Origin: an uncultured delta proteobacterium
GTDB lineage: Bacteria > Desulfobacterota > Desulfuromonadia > Geobacterales > DSM-12255
DNA length: 64,000 bases
Assembly: GCA_963787125.1 (NCBI GenBank)
Contig: CAWBBV010000012.1
Coordinates: 32,001 to 96,000 of the forward strand
Direction of reading: 5' to 3'
Of the stretch, positions 30,339 through 40,333 are shown one piece after another. Under the pieces are notes generated by a model. It worked only from the letters and a program-made list of their open reading frames with translations. It was not told where the DNA came from and ran no database searches. How positions within the stretch are numbered: position 1 is the stretch's first letter; every line of letters begins with the position of its first letter. Both the position numbers and the translations under genes were made by a program.

Positions 30339-31804
30339 GGGCTCTCCTTGGTGTCGTAAATGGATAAATCCGGCGCCTCGACTGCTATGTCGAGGAGATC
30401 AGCTCTTCGAGTGAGATGCAGAGCGCCCGGTTCAGGAATCTTTCGCGCCCGACTCTCAACGATATTGGCGATATAATCGCTGCCGACAGCATGCAGTTTC
30501 ATGGCATCGGCAATGGCGCAAGCAACGGCTTCATCACCATGAATTTCAGTCAGTGCCATGATCTTTCTGAGATGGTGCCTGGCATTTAAGTGTCGCTTGT
30601 CGAGTTCACGGTAATAATCCAGTGAACACGGTGATAACGACAGAAATCGGTGCATGATTTTCTGGTCTCTGGCGTTTTTGCGTTGCGTGATCAACTCCTT
30701 TGGGTGGTCCGGGTCCTCGAAATCCCTATTTCGTTCATAGGAGCGGCTGTGACGGGCGATCAGCCGCTCTTCGTAATAGAAACAGAGCCGGTCCGGATAT
30801 GCCTTCATGGTGAGACGTTGACCTGCCAGGCGTGCCGGGACCGAATAGCGGTTTGAATCGAGTGCTACACGGAATTGCGGTGAAGCCCGCACAGAAGTGA
30901 TAGCGCCGATATCATAAGGATGAAGGGGCAGCGGCTGCAGATGGGGCAGTTCCGTGATAAGCATGTCTGCCGGTTTACTTCTGGTCTCACCGTGGATACG
31001 AACATTGGCTATTGTATCAAGCCAGAGTTGTGCGACCGGATTGATGGCTACGAAATCAGGTAGCTCTGCGCCAGCGAGGAAATTCTTTTTGACATAGCCG
31101 ACGGCATTTTCCACCCGCCCTTTCTCATTCCCCTTGGCAACACCGCAGGCCGAGATACTGAATCCATGGTATGCAGCAAACTCGGCATATTTTGGATTGA
31201 ACACCGGCGCTTCTCCAAGGGTACGCTTCAGTACGGCACTTTTGAGATTGTCGACCATAATTCTGGCAGGGATACCACCAAAGGCACGAAAAGCGTTCTG
31301 ATGACAGGCAAGGAAATGCTCCATGGTCTGGGACACTGTGAATTCCACGTACAGCTGACGGCTGTAGCAGAGCACCATGACAAAGAAACTCAAACGGCGG
31401 GTAGTATCACCCACCCGGATTGAGCCATATGAGCCCCAGTCTACCTGAGCGCACTCTCCCGGCGCGAATGCCAGGGTCAAATAGGCTTTTTCTTTCCTGG
31501 GCCGAACCTTGCGTACAAATTTCTTCACCACCGTGTAGCCGCCGGAATAACCCTCCTCACGAAGACGCTGAAATACCTGTTGCGCCGAATAGGGGTATGA
31601 TTCAATCATCCTGACCACGGTATCCTTAAAATTGTCTAGTTTGCTTGGCCGTCTGGTGGATTTACGGGGTTGAAACTGTCTGGCGGCCAGACACCTCTTC
31701 ACGGTGCGCTCGTCGTGACCGAGTTCACGGGCGATCTGCGTGGCGGTGAGTCCCTTCTGATCAAAGAGGTGCCTGATTCTGACAAAGGTTTCATAAGTGA
31801 TCAT
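30335..31804 (-). CDS. istA: IstA DDE transposase
   Basis: N-terminal HTH, AQVDWG, VDNLKS and EKGRVEN motifs. Confidence 0.96.
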   Translation of the reverse strand: MITYETFVRIRHLFDQKGLTATQIARELGHDERTVKRCLAARQFQPRKSTRRPSKLDNFKDTVVRMIESYPYSAQQVFQRLREEGYSGGYTVVKKFVRKVRPRKEKAYLTLAFAPGECAQVDWGSYGSIRVGDTTRRLSFFVMVLCYSRQLYVEFTVSQTMEHFLACHQNAFRAFGGIPARIMVDNLKSAVLKRTLGEAPVFNPKYAEFAAYHGFSISACGVAKGNEKGRVENAVGYVKKNFLAGAELPDFVAINPVAQLWLDTIANVRIHGETRSKPADMLITELPHLQPLPLHPYDIGAITSVRASPQFRVALDSNRYSVPARLAGQRLTMKAYPDRLCFYYEERLIARHSRSYERNRDFEDPDHPKELITQRKNARDQKIMHRFLSLSPCSLDYYRELDKRHLNARHHLRKIMALTEIHGDEAVACAIADAMKLHAVGSDYIANIVESRARKIPEPGALHLTRRADLLDIAVEAPDLSIYDTKESP

Positions 31805-32126
31805 CTGCCACCTCCTGCAGACTTCCACCAAGAGCCAGTACTTGGTAGAGCGGCTTCTGGTAAACAACCAGTCCGGCTTTATCGAGGCAGATCCTTGCAG
31901 CGGCAAGCGTCGGTATGTTCAAGGAGAGACGCTCGCACAGGGAAACATCGGAGTAGTAGCTGAGGCCCTGACAGTCGGCAACAGTAACGAGGAAGAGATA
32001 CAGAGCTGCCGCTTCATGGCTTAACAACTCAATGTAGTGATCACGGACCAGGCGATGATCCACCCAGCTGAACTGTTCGGGAATGGTGCGGATTCGATCG
32101 GGGCAGATTGGAAACTTGCGGGTCAT
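31791..32126 (-). CDS. small HTH-like protein overlapping the istA start
   Basis: LYLFLVTVAD..SYYSDVSLCERL, winged-helix-like; RBS AGGAGG. Confidence 0.7.
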   Translation of the reverse strand: MTRKFPICPDRIRTIPEQFSWVDHRLVRDHYIELLSHEAAALYLFLVTVADCQGLSYYSDVSLCERLSLNIPTLAAARICLDKAGLVVYQKPLYQVLALGGSLQEVADDHL

Positions 32127-32610
32127 AGCGGCCTCCTGGCTTTGGGTTTATGACATCAAGCCCCAATTGTTCCAGACGGCGGGTTACCGAGTCGATCTCA
32201 TCTTGTAACACGCAACCGGTTAAATGCGAGATTAGTCCAATTATAACGGGATGTTGAGGTAGGCAGTAATCTTGTAACACAGGGGTAGATACAGGTAATT
32301 CATGTGGCAAATGTGGTATAACTACCTGTTTTATAGAGGGTATTTGCGAGCAGTCATCTTGTAGCACGGCACAAGCAGTCTTACGCCGACTCCCCCCTGG
32401 ATTAGCTAAACGCCAATGCCTGACCCGATCTACGTGGATTGAACTCTTGAAATAGGTAGGATTATTTTTAGACCATCGCTTCTGACTGGCGTTCTTGCTC
32501 GCCTCTCTGCACTCTGGTTTACTGCAATACGCCTGCTTCTTGACGTTACGATAGTCAGGGGTGAAGATCTCTTTACAGCACCGGCAGTGCCGATTCCTTT
32601 TGTGATGCAT
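32041..32610 (-). CDS. Cys-cluster (putative Zn-binding) protein of the IS21-like element
   Basis: CRCCKE...YCSKPEC; RBS GGAGG. Confidence 0.7.
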   Translation of the reverse strand: MHHKRNRHCRCCKEIFTPDYRNVKKQAYCSKPECREASKNASQKRWSKNNPTYFKSSIHVDRVRHWRLANPGGSRRKTACAVLQDDCSQIPSIKQVVIPHLPHELPVSTPVLQDYCLPQHPVIIGLISHLTGCVLQDEIDSVTRRLEQLGLDVINPKPGGRYDPQVSNLPRSNPHHSRTVQLGGSSPGP

Positions 32611-32880
32611 TACCCGGTACCTCCAAGCAAATCATGAGCATTACAGCGGAATCTGGAAAGAAGAGAATGAAAAACTGGATCAACTGAAGAAAAACAATTT
32701 GAAATTAAACTGGGTGGGAAGAAAAAGGGGAAACTGAAGAATAAGCAAATTCAAGATGCCGGAAGAAAATCAATTTCAGGACGCCGGTGGCACCGGCCGG
32801 AAGTAGACATAGAATTGCACGGTTTTTCATTGCTTTCACCGCTACATTAAAGGGGGTTTTTGGTAGTCCTGAGAGGGGGG

Positions 32881-33354
32881 CTATTCAGATTTCTTCGGAT
32901 ATTTTTTCTGCCATTCTACTTCTGACATAAACAGGTCTGGATATTTTTTGCGGAGGGGAGGGGACCTCAACCATTCTTCTTCTGAAATAGCAAATTTACG
33001 CATTTCTCTAATGGCTTTTTTAATTAAGTCGCTGCCTACCGTTTTATCTTGTGTACTGTATTGTTCCTTAAGAATTGCTATAGCTTCGTCATAACAGACG
33101 CCTCCCGAGCCTTCCGTCAATTCCATGAAGTCACGCCATATTGAGAAATATCGAAAGTCTGTTGTTTTATTGTGGCCTTTCGGTCTACCTGCTTTTCCCG
33201 TTGGCGTTGCTGGCGGTGCAAGAGCTTTGCAGAAGTCATTAACTGTTGTGACTGGCAGTGTTTCACTTATTGCTAAAATGGCAGTTGCGCGCTGCTGCTC
33301 GCTCATATCAATCCATTCGGCAAGAACGTCTGTAAATTTATTCAGGAATTTCAT
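32881..33354 (-). CDS. hypothetical protein downstream of the integrase, possibly DNA-binding
   Basis: 157-aa ORF with a GRPK motif followed by a helical region. Confidence 0.6.
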   Translation of the reverse strand: MKFLNKFTDVLAEWIDMSEQQRATAILAISETLPVTTVNDFCKALAPPATPTGKAGRPKGHNKTTDFRYFSIWRDFMELTEGSGGVCYDEAIAILKEQYSTQDKTVGSDLIKKAIREMRKFAISEEEWLRSPPLRKKYPDLFMSEVEWQKKYPKKSE

Positions 33355-33369
33355 TTAATTTTCGCTCTC

Positions 33370-34725
33370 CTATGCCGCCTTACGTTTGCCTGCTTGAATG
33401 CTGATTACGTTGCCGGCTGCTTCTCCGGTGATAATGCTGTTTAACTTACGCTCCCAGGATTCAAGGGCTTGCTGCTTTTCCTTGTCGTAACGGTTTAAGT
33501 TGTATGTGCGTATAATGCCCTGCTTGCTATGGTTCAGAACTGCGTCAATGACTTCATCCATGAAACCAAGTTGAGACATGAATGTCGCTGCAGTTCTACG
33601 ACAGTCGTGCGGGACGAAATCGGCAACTCCTAGCTTGTTCTCCGTCACTGGTTCGCCTTTCTTGTCAAATACTGGCTTGCCATTCACAAGGACTGGAGAG
33701 GCGAGGTTACGCCATACGGCCTGAGAGATTGACAGCCTACCCATTGGCTGAATTTTCTTGAGATTAGTGCAAGGGAAGATAAAGCCCTTGTCAACTTCCT
33801 TGCCGGTGTCCTTGTCGATCTTCTTCAAGCTGCCTATCAGGTCAAGAGCGGTATTGGTCAGAAATACACGGTGAGCTTTTTTGTTCTTCGATCTCTCTGC
33901 CGGGATTGTCCACCATGCACCGATGACTTTTTCTTTTTCAATGATCTGCTCAATCTCGCTGGTGTGCATCCCTATCACTTCGCCGGGACGTTGGCCGGTC
34001 AACAGAATCAGCCTGAGTGCCCTCCTGATGTCACCTGAAATATTGCAGGTGTCAAGGTTGCTCCATAGTGTTTTAATCTCTGCCTCGGTCAATGTACGAT
34101 CCCCACGGTTCAACGGTGCCGGCATAACAACGCCATCACAAGGGGAGTGTTCAAGGATGTCTCTCTGAACAGCAAAGCGGAACATCTTACGAATGATCTT
34201 GAAGTTACTGTTCGCTGATCCCGGTGAGCCTCTCTCGATGATTGATTCAAGTAATAGGACAACATCACGTTTCTTTATATCGGCGGCTTTACGCTTTCCC
34301 CATGCTACAAAAGCGTCTTTGTTCAATATTCGCTCGTCCTCTTTCCATGACCGCTTAGAGGGTTCAGCGTGCTTCTTGATGTACTCTTCAATGAGCTTGG
34401 CAACAGTGAGGGCTTTCTGGTGCTCTTCTCGCTGCTGTCTGGCTACATCATGTTCTTGATCCCTTTCCGCCTGTGGGTCACGTGGGTTCTTGGTATCATG
34501 TAGAATTCCATAAGCTGCGGAGTAATCGGCCCTTGCATCGGCCAGGCTCTTGTCCGGATAGTTGCCAAGGTTCATCTGTCTGCGCTTGCCATCAAAAGTG
34601 TAGGTGAAGATCCATATCTTGAGACCTGAAGGCAGAACGCGAATACCGAAGCCTTTGCTTTCTCTCTGCTGATACATCTTGACTTTAGGTTTAAGGTTCC
34701 TTATCTCTGAGTCAGTGAATTTCAT
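33370..34725 (-). CDS. int: tyrosine integrase with arm-binding domain (P4-like)
   Basis: LGNYP..SLADAR arm domain, TGQRPGE, HDCRRT, LNH and catalytic Y. Confidence 0.96.
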   Translation of the reverse strand: MKFTDSEIRNLKPKVKMYQQRESKGFGIRVLPSGLKIWIFTYTFDGKRRQMNLGNYPDKSLADARADYSAAYGILHDTKNPRDPQAERDQEHDVARQQREEHQKALTVAKLIEEYIKKHAEPSKRSWKEDERILNKDAFVAWGKRKAADIKKRDVVLLLESIIERGSPGSANSNFKIIRKMFRFAVQRDILEHSPCDGVVMPAPLNRGDRTLTEAEIKTLWSNLDTCNISGDIRRALRLILLTGQRPGEVIGMHTSEIEQIIEKEKVIGAWWTIPAERSKNKKAHRVFLTNTALDLIGSLKKIDKDTGKEVDKGFIFPCTNLKKIQPMGRLSISQAVWRNLASPVLVNGKPVFDKKGEPVTENKLGVADFVPHDCRRTAATFMSQLGFMDEVIDAVLNHSKQGIIRTYNLNRYDKEKQQALESWERKLNSIITGEAAGNVISIQAGKRKAA

Positions 34726-34971
34726 ATATCCCCCTGGAAAAGGTTACAGATTGAATGTGTAACCTCTGGTGTAACCTCTTGAATGTTGGCAACCTATGAA
34801 ATTTAGTGAAATGCTACAAGGGGATAGTAAGGTGAATATGTTGAATAGTCAAGTAGTTATAAATGATAGTTGAGCGTTAAAGAAATGCTGTGAAATGCCA
34901 GAAATGACCGTACGTTCTTACTTACAAGCTGGATGTCGCAGGTTCGATCCCTGCTTCACCCACCAAAGATT

Positions 34972-35005
34972 AAGCACTTACAGGTTTACTTGTAAGTGCT
35001 TTTTT
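34972..35005 (+). terminator. original tRNA-operon terminator displaced by the island
   Basis: AAGCACTTACA/TGTAAGTGCTT stem plus T-run directly after the att repeat. Confidence 0.75.
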
Positions 35006-35065
35006 AATTTGTGTCGTTGCAAATACCTCAATATAATTCTTGCACACGTAGTCAAAGGAGGCTCC

Positions 35066-35635
35066 ATGAGTGACGTCGTTTCGTTCTGGATGGAAAACAA
35101 GAGCTGCGTCGGCAAGCTCGCCCTTACTATCGGTGACCAGTCGCTGGTTATTTATCGTGAGCGCTATTATCTGCTTAAAGGTGGAACCGCAGAGACCAGG
35201 GGTGGTAAGCCCTTGCGTTATTCACTCTCCTCCCTGCCGGCAACCTGGAAGCTAGCCCTGAAAGGTGGTCTGCAAGCGTTGCCTGCGGCGGCGCAGGCGG
35301 AACCCGATTCAGACCCTGTTGCAATGATTCCAAAACGTCCACGGGTTAAAAAGGAGCAGCTGATCGTGCCGGAGCCACAACTTGAAACAGTGCCTGTAGA
35401 AATCGAAGAAGTGCCTCTGAAAGCTGCAAAACCGGCAAAAAGAGCCGATAAACCTGCGCCGCAAGAGCCGGTCATCGCCAACTGTCCCAACTGTAGCAGT
35501 CGCCATGAGATCCCTCTGGAGAAAGGTAAAAGCGGTAAACCGTTCTTCATTACGTGCAATAAGTGCACAAGCGAGTTCGCCGTCAGGTTCGTCCAGGTCA
35601 CCATGTTTCAGGCTCAGGTTGCCGGGTTCAAGTAG
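35066..35635 (+). CDS. hypothetical protein with C-terminal zinc ribbon
   Basis: RBS AGGAGG; CPNC...CNKC. Confidence 0.8.
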   Translation: MSDVVSFWMENKSCVGKLALTIGDQSLVIYRERYYLLKGGTAETRGGKPLRYSLSSLPATWKLALKGGLQALPAAAQAEPDSDPVAMIPKRPRVKKEQLIVPEPQLETVPVEIEEVPLKAAKPAKRADKPAPQEPVIANCPNCSSRHEIPLEKGKSGKPFFITCNKCTSEFAVRFVQVTMFQAQVAGFK

Positions 35636-35693
35636 GTGGGAAAAGATTCTTAATTAAATCCCCCGGCTCTGCCGGGGGATGCCTGCCTGGTGC

Positions 35694-37400
35694 CTATCTT
35701 ACCTTCATTTTTGCGGTAGCATTGCCGGAACTTAAATCGACACGGGTGCGTCCGGCAGCTATGGTTCCATTCCCCCAGCCTAACCCATATAAACCATAGA
35801 AAGTTCCGACAGCATTCCCCGGTATATTGCCAATTATTACAGTATTACCTGCACCGCCACCATTATGCATGGCAGCGCCTACAGATGTATTTGCCGGGGA
35901 ATTCAAGGTACCGACACTGTCCACAATCATACCGCCATGGGTGACAAATAGCTGACCATTGGTCGGTTTTGGTAAGGTCATCGACCCCATCCCCATGCCA
36001 TAACCGTTGCCGCTACCGAACAGTGCCATATCAAAAACTGCGGAAATAGTTGCCGGTGTGGCTCCTGAAATCTGGGGCGGATTTACAGCCATTGATACAG
36101 CCTGTCCGGCAGTTCCTGTCATGCCATTCAGGGCAACTCCTCTCACATAATAGCCGGGGGCGTCGGCGACCGCCGAGAAAACGCCACTGGATGCTGTATC
36201 AGCGGTAAGGGACAGCGGGTTCCCCGGCGAATGTGTTGCCACGTTGACAGGTCCGGTTGACAGCTCTTCGGCTTTATTAAACCTGCCGGTATATGGGTCC
36301 AGATGACGGTAGCGTACCTCGTAGGGGACAGGATCACCGCTTATGGTCTGGTAAAAGTTCATCCACGAGCCGGTCGGGTGCATTGCTGAGCCGAGCTGGG
36401 CGGTGAATTCGCCGCCAGGTTGCATGGTGATTGTGCCAAGCTCGACTGCACCTGCAGCCAGAGAAGTCCCTTTATGTACTTTTACCCCTTTGACGATGGC
36501 GGTCTGTACATTGCGGCCTCGGAGCAGGATGTCATATGTTGCGGTGGTGGCGTTGCCGAAAACAGGCAGAGGGTAAAGGTTGAATTTACCGGTGGCTTTG
36601 TCTACTCCCGTCCAGCGCCGGACTATGCGGTATCCGGCGCCCGGCTTGACCTGCTCGGCCTTGATGACAAAGCGGGAAGTGGAGAGGTTGGCGAAGTTTA
36701 CCGTCCCCTTGATTGCACCAACAGAACCCATATCAAAATAGCCCAGGCGTGGTTTGATGATGAACTCTTTGACGCTGTTCGGTGAAACCTCTACCAGATC
36801 GTTGTTCAGGTTGAAATCAAGCGCTATCTTGACACTGCTTCCTGCCGTAACCACAACAGGAGATTCGGGAATCAGCCGGATGCCTTCATAGGCAGTTGGA
36901 ATGCGGAGCGGGTAATGATTTGTAACCCCATTCAAAACAACCTCATTGTTGTAAGTCAATCCAGAAGCTGTTGCAGAGGCGGTCAGGACATCCTCTGTGG
37001 ATGCCAGAAATATTCGTATTTGCTGGTAGTGCCCTGCAGGCAGATCCATGCCGGTGAATAAAGGTGCTCCGGCATTGTCCGCATACATCACACCGTTTGC
37101 CAGCTGGGCCAGGTCAACGGTTTTGGGGGCATGCAGGTCAATCTTGTGCCAGCCGACATTCTTGCCGGTACTATAGCTGTCAAAGCCGGCGCTGCTACTG
37201 GTATGAAAGGCCACAGCGGTGACCGTCACATATACATGCGCGTAGTCCATGGCCGGGGCATCCGTCACATCCAGGCTGACCTTGCCAAGCGGAGTGGCTG
37301 CAGACGATGTCGATGAACTACTGCCGCCGCATCCGCCAAGACTCAATGCGAACGTAATAATGAAAATTACTGCCAAGAGTTTACCAGCGTGTTTATTCAT
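35694..37400 (-). CDS. DUF4382-like lipoprotein
   Basis: Lipobox LGGC, VTDAP and LDFNL motifs. Confidence 0.8.
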   Translation of the reverse strand: MNKHAGKLLAVIFIITFALSLGGCGGSSSSTSSAATPLGKVSLDVTDAPAMDYAHVYVTVTAVAFHTSSSAGFDSYSTGKNVGWHKIDLHAPKTVDLAQLANGVMYADNAGAPLFTGMDLPAGHYQQIRIFLASTEDVLTASATASGLTYNNEVVLNGVTNHYPLRIPTAYEGIRLIPESPVVVTAGSSVKIALDFNLNNDLVEVSPNSVKEFIIKPRLGYFDMGSVGAIKGTVNFANLSTSRFVIKAEQVKPGAGYRIVRRWTGVDKATGKFNLYPLPVFGNATTATYDILLRGRNVQTAIVKGVKVHKGTSLAAGAVELGTITMQPGGEFTAQLGSAMHPTGSWMNFYQTISGDPVPYEVRYRHLDPYTGRFNKAEELSTGPVNVATHSPGNPLSLTADTASSGVFSAVADAPGYYVRGVALNGMTGTAGQAVSMAVNPPQISGATPATISAVFDMALFGSGNGYGMGMGSMTLPKPTNGQLFVTHGGMIVDSVGTLNSPANTSVGAAMHNGGGAGNTVIIGNIPGNAVGTFYGLYGLGWGNGTIAAGRTRVDLSSGNATAKMKVR

Positions 37401-37453
37401 GATCCGCCTCCTTTTTTACTTGTTGTTTGATGATTCTTTACGGCTACGAGTAA

Positions 37454-39178
37454 TCATTTCATTTTGATTGTAACTGCTACGCTCCCCCCACTTTTCAGAT
37501 CGATATCCAGCGCTTTACCTGCAGCCAGGTAGCCATTGCCCCAGCCAAGCGCATAGATGCCGTAGACAGCATTAGGAATATTGCCGGGAATGTTCAGCAG
37601 GTTCACAGGGTAGGCCATACCGCCACCGGCTGACAAAGCGCTGTTGACCGAACTGTCGCCGCCGAGATTGCCGAGGCTGTCAATAATCATCCCTCCATGG
37701 GTGACAAATATCTGTCCTTTTGGCGGATAACCGATGTGGCGCCCCATCCCCATACCGGAACCCGTACCGGTGCCAAGCAGAGCCATATCGAAAACACACC
37801 TGATACTGCCGGTAGTTGCCGGTGTGCTTATCTGCGGCAGGTTTGCGCCGGCCATGGCTATTGAATAATTCTGACCGGCAGCGGCTGTTATCCCTGTCAG
37901 TTCCATACCTTTAGCAAAAAACTCCGGCGCATCTGCCACTACTGAGAACATTCCTGAACTGGTGTTGTCGGTTGCAAATAACAGCGGTGAACCGGCTGCG
38001 TGTGTGGCGACACGGATTGTGTCCGTAGAAAGATTGACCGGTAGGGCAAATTTACCGGTGTAGGGATCGAGATGACGGGAGCTGACTTCATAAGGTACTG
38101 AGTCGCCGGCAATTTTTTGATAAAAATTAAGCCAGGAACCGGTGGGATGAATAGCCGCCCCAACTTGCGCGGTAAACTCGGTACCCGGATTCATGGAAAT
38201 AGTTCCCAGGTCGATGCCGTTTGTCTGGTTTGTACCGCTATGGATTTTTACCCCTTTGACAATGCTCGTCTGAATATTTCGTCCGCGGATCAGGATGTCA
38301 TATGTGGCTGTAGTAGCGTTGCCGAATACCGGCAAAGGGTAGAGGTTAAACGTGCCGGTGTTTTTATCCACTGCTGTTATGCGGCGCACAACCCGGTAGA
38401 CATTCCCGGTTTTTAACTGCTCGGCTTTGACTTCGATTCTGGATGATGAAAGATTGGCAAAGTTTATAGTCCCTTTGACCGCACCAACCCTGCCCAGGTC
38501 GAAATACCCAAGCCGTGGCTTGAAGATAAATTCAGTGGCTCCATTCGGAGATACCTTCACAATGTCATCGTTTAGATTAAAGTCCAGGGCCAGGCGGATG
38601 TTGCCGCTGGCGGCTACGACCAGGGGAGATTCGGGAAGAACCTTAATACCGCCTTCTGCTGAAGGGATACGTAAAGGGTAGTGAGCAGAGTCGTTGTTAA
38701 GTTGCAGTTCGTTGTTATATGTCAGTCCAGGTTTAGAGCCAAGATAAGCATCTTCGGTTGAAGCAAGGAATATGCGGAGTTGCTGATATCTTCCCGCCGG
38801 CAGCTTCATCCCGCTGAACAATGAACTGTTTCCGTTTAAATCAGCGTACATGGTGCCGTTAGTAAGCTGAGCCAGGTCGACAGTTGTAGGGGCCGCCAGC
38901 TTCACAACCTCCCATCCTGCCGTCTTGCTGGTGCTGTAACTTGAGAAAGCTGCGCTTGTGTCAGTATGGAATGCCACTGCCGTAACTGTCACATAGACAT
39001 GAGTATAGTCGATGGCCGGCGCGTCGGTAATATCAAGTGCTATCAGGGTTCCGGTGCCTCCAGTCCCCACGCCGGCATTTTGACCCGAACTGCAACCGGT
39101 TATGATAGCTGCGCTAACCAGACAGAGTGCCATTATCCGCCAGACAGACAAACCTGGGTGTGAAGTAGATGTTTTCAT
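37454..39178 (-). CDS. DUF4382-like lipoprotein (paralogue)
   Basis: Lipobox ITGC, ITDAP; colinear similarity to the neighbouring gene. Confidence 0.8.
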   Translation of the reverse strand: MKTSTSHPGLSVWRIMALCLVSAAIITGCSSGQNAGVGTGGTGTLIALDITDAPAIDYTHVYVTVTAVAFHTDTSAAFSSYSTSKTAGWEVVKLAAPTTVDLAQLTNGTMYADLNGNSSLFSGMKLPAGRYQQLRIFLASTEDAYLGSKPGLTYNNELQLNNDSAHYPLRIPSAEGGIKVLPESPLVVAASGNIRLALDFNLNDDIVKVSPNGATEFIFKPRLGYFDLGRVGAVKGTINFANLSSSRIEVKAEQLKTGNVYRVVRRITAVDKNTGTFNLYPLPVFGNATTATYDILIRGRNIQTSIVKGVKIHSGTNQTNGIDLGTISMNPGTEFTAQVGAAIHPTGSWLNFYQKIAGDSVPYEVSSRHLDPYTGKFALPVNLSTDTIRVATHAAGSPLLFATDNTSSGMFSVVADAPEFFAKGMELTGITAAAGQNYSIAMAGANLPQISTPATTGSIRCVFDMALLGTGTGSGMGMGRHIGYPPKGQIFVTHGGMIIDSLGNLGGDSSVNSALSAGGGMAYPVNLLNIPGNIPNAVYGIYALGWGNGYLAAGKALDIDLKSGGSVAVTIKMK

Positions 39179-40080
39179 TTGGATTTATCCTTTGCAGTTG
39201 GTTTGCAACCGGAGAGTAGCGCGGGGTCACTTGCGCTTACGAGTGGGGTTTCAGTGAAGGTATAGACACCGATACGGAGACGCTTATCCTGTCTACGCCC
39301 GGCGAGCTGATCGGCTTCAATCATCTCAGTGATGGCCGGCACCAGGGCGTCACTGAGCGCTTTCCATTGGTGCATGATAAGCGGCCGTAACGCCTTGATG
39401 GACTCGGCAGACAGTTCATCAGCAAAAACCGCCTGTTCAAGATGCTTGTCTCCAGTTCCTAAAACATTGGTGATGGCGGCTTCAAGGTGGTCTCCAATAT
39501 TTTCACCTACAAACCGGAGCATCTGTTCAGAGTCATTCCCCGGCACAAATTCAGTCCGGACGAGCGATACACGATCGAGTTGTTCATCATGGTGAGCCAG
39601 ACCCAGTCGGATCAATTCATCAAGCATGCTCCGTGGATGGATATCTCTGGTAATGGAATGTGCGAGTGCTTCAAAGCTCGGGGCAGGTCCCTGTCGCTCA
39701 AGGACGGCTGGGGTCCCGCTCTGGTCTTGCAGTGCGGGGTTTGTTGTCCAGCGGGCAAAAAGTTCAGCGGCAAGTGGCGGTTTAGTTGTCCGGACAGTAT
39801 GCTTTTGTTTTGTCAAACGGGTCACTTCACGACGGTTGATACCTGTGGCGGTGCTGATCCTGCTTACCATGCCGTGCAGTGGTGCTTCCGGCTGCAATGC
39901 GCCTGCTTCCTGAACAAAGGCTTTTTTCAGGAGTTCTTCAATCGGCGCAAATGTGATCCCTCTCGACAGACATAGGCGTGCAAGCGGGGTCAGCAAGCGG
40001 CTTAGGGTTTCTGTCAAAACCTCGTCGTTGCAATTGACTTCCGAGGTTTCATACACTGTTATTTGGGTAGTTGTTGTCAT
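39175..40080 (-). CDS. DUF6502-like protein (putative DNA-binding)
   Basis: SRISTATGINRREV, SFEALA..DIHPRSMLDEL. Confidence 0.7.
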   Translation of the reverse strand: MTTTTQITVYETSEVNCNDEVLTETLSRLLTPLARLCLSRGITFAPIEELLKKAFVQEAGALQPEAPLHGMVSRISTATGINRREVTRLTKQKHTVRTTKPPLAAELFARWTTNPALQDQSGTPAVLERQGPAPSFEALAHSITRDIHPRSMLDELIRLGLAHHDEQLDRVSLVRTEFVPGNDSEQMLRFVGENIGDHLEAAITNVLGTGDKHLEQAVFADELSAESIKALRPLIMHQWKALSDALVPAITEMIEADQLAGRRQDKRLRIGVYTFTETPLVSASDPALLSGCKPTAKDKSK

Positions 40081-40333
40081 ATCGAAACCTGAATTTATTT
40101 GTAAGCCATATGTGCATTTTGCACATATGGCCATATTTTGTCAATAATATTTATGCAGTGATTTAAGACACCAGCGGCAAAAGCTGACAAGGTCAGTATT
40201 TGCCGCTGGTGCTACAGGAACAACGAAGCTGGCAGTTGTTGACAAGGCAGGAGTAAGAGATACGAGCTGCAGGTTTACACATTTGGGCTTAGTGTGATAG
40301 TTTGAAGCTTGTAAATTTAAACAGGAGGGCACC

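Larger units (their letters stand above)
29480..32792 (-). mobile_element. IS21-family element with two extra upstream genes (ends tentative)
   Basis: Ends TGTGAGCGGCACCGTGAACATG and (reverse complement) TGCCACCGGCGTCCTGAAATTG align in register, with internal repeats of the motif; no target duplication seen. Confidence 0.7.
26984..34970. mobile_element. integrative genomic island in tRNA-Val
   Basis: 50-bp direct repeats 26984-27033 and 34921-34970; tyrosine integrase next to the distal repeat. Confidence 0.93.

Noticed and set aside
31805..31906. N-terminal extension of IstA
   Set aside because: It lies within orf111; ATG 31804 has RBS GGAGG and starts the HTH.
29344..32846. Wider IS21 boundaries (TGTCAAG...CTACA)
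   Set aside because: The ends match each other poorly and give no target duplication; 29480/32792 align better but remain tentative.
33370..34725. Integron integrase for the attC array
   Set aside because: It has an arm-binding N-terminal domain, sits by a tRNA att repeat, and is 26 kb from the array.
34921..34965. Second tRNA-Val gene
   Set aside because: Only the 3' half is present; it is the att duplication.
35658..35680. IS200/IS605 end remnant (ATCCCCCGGC-TCT-GCCGGGGGAT)
   Set aside because: It resembles such hairpins, but no tnpA/tnpB is nearby; it is adequately explained as a hairpin between convergent genes.
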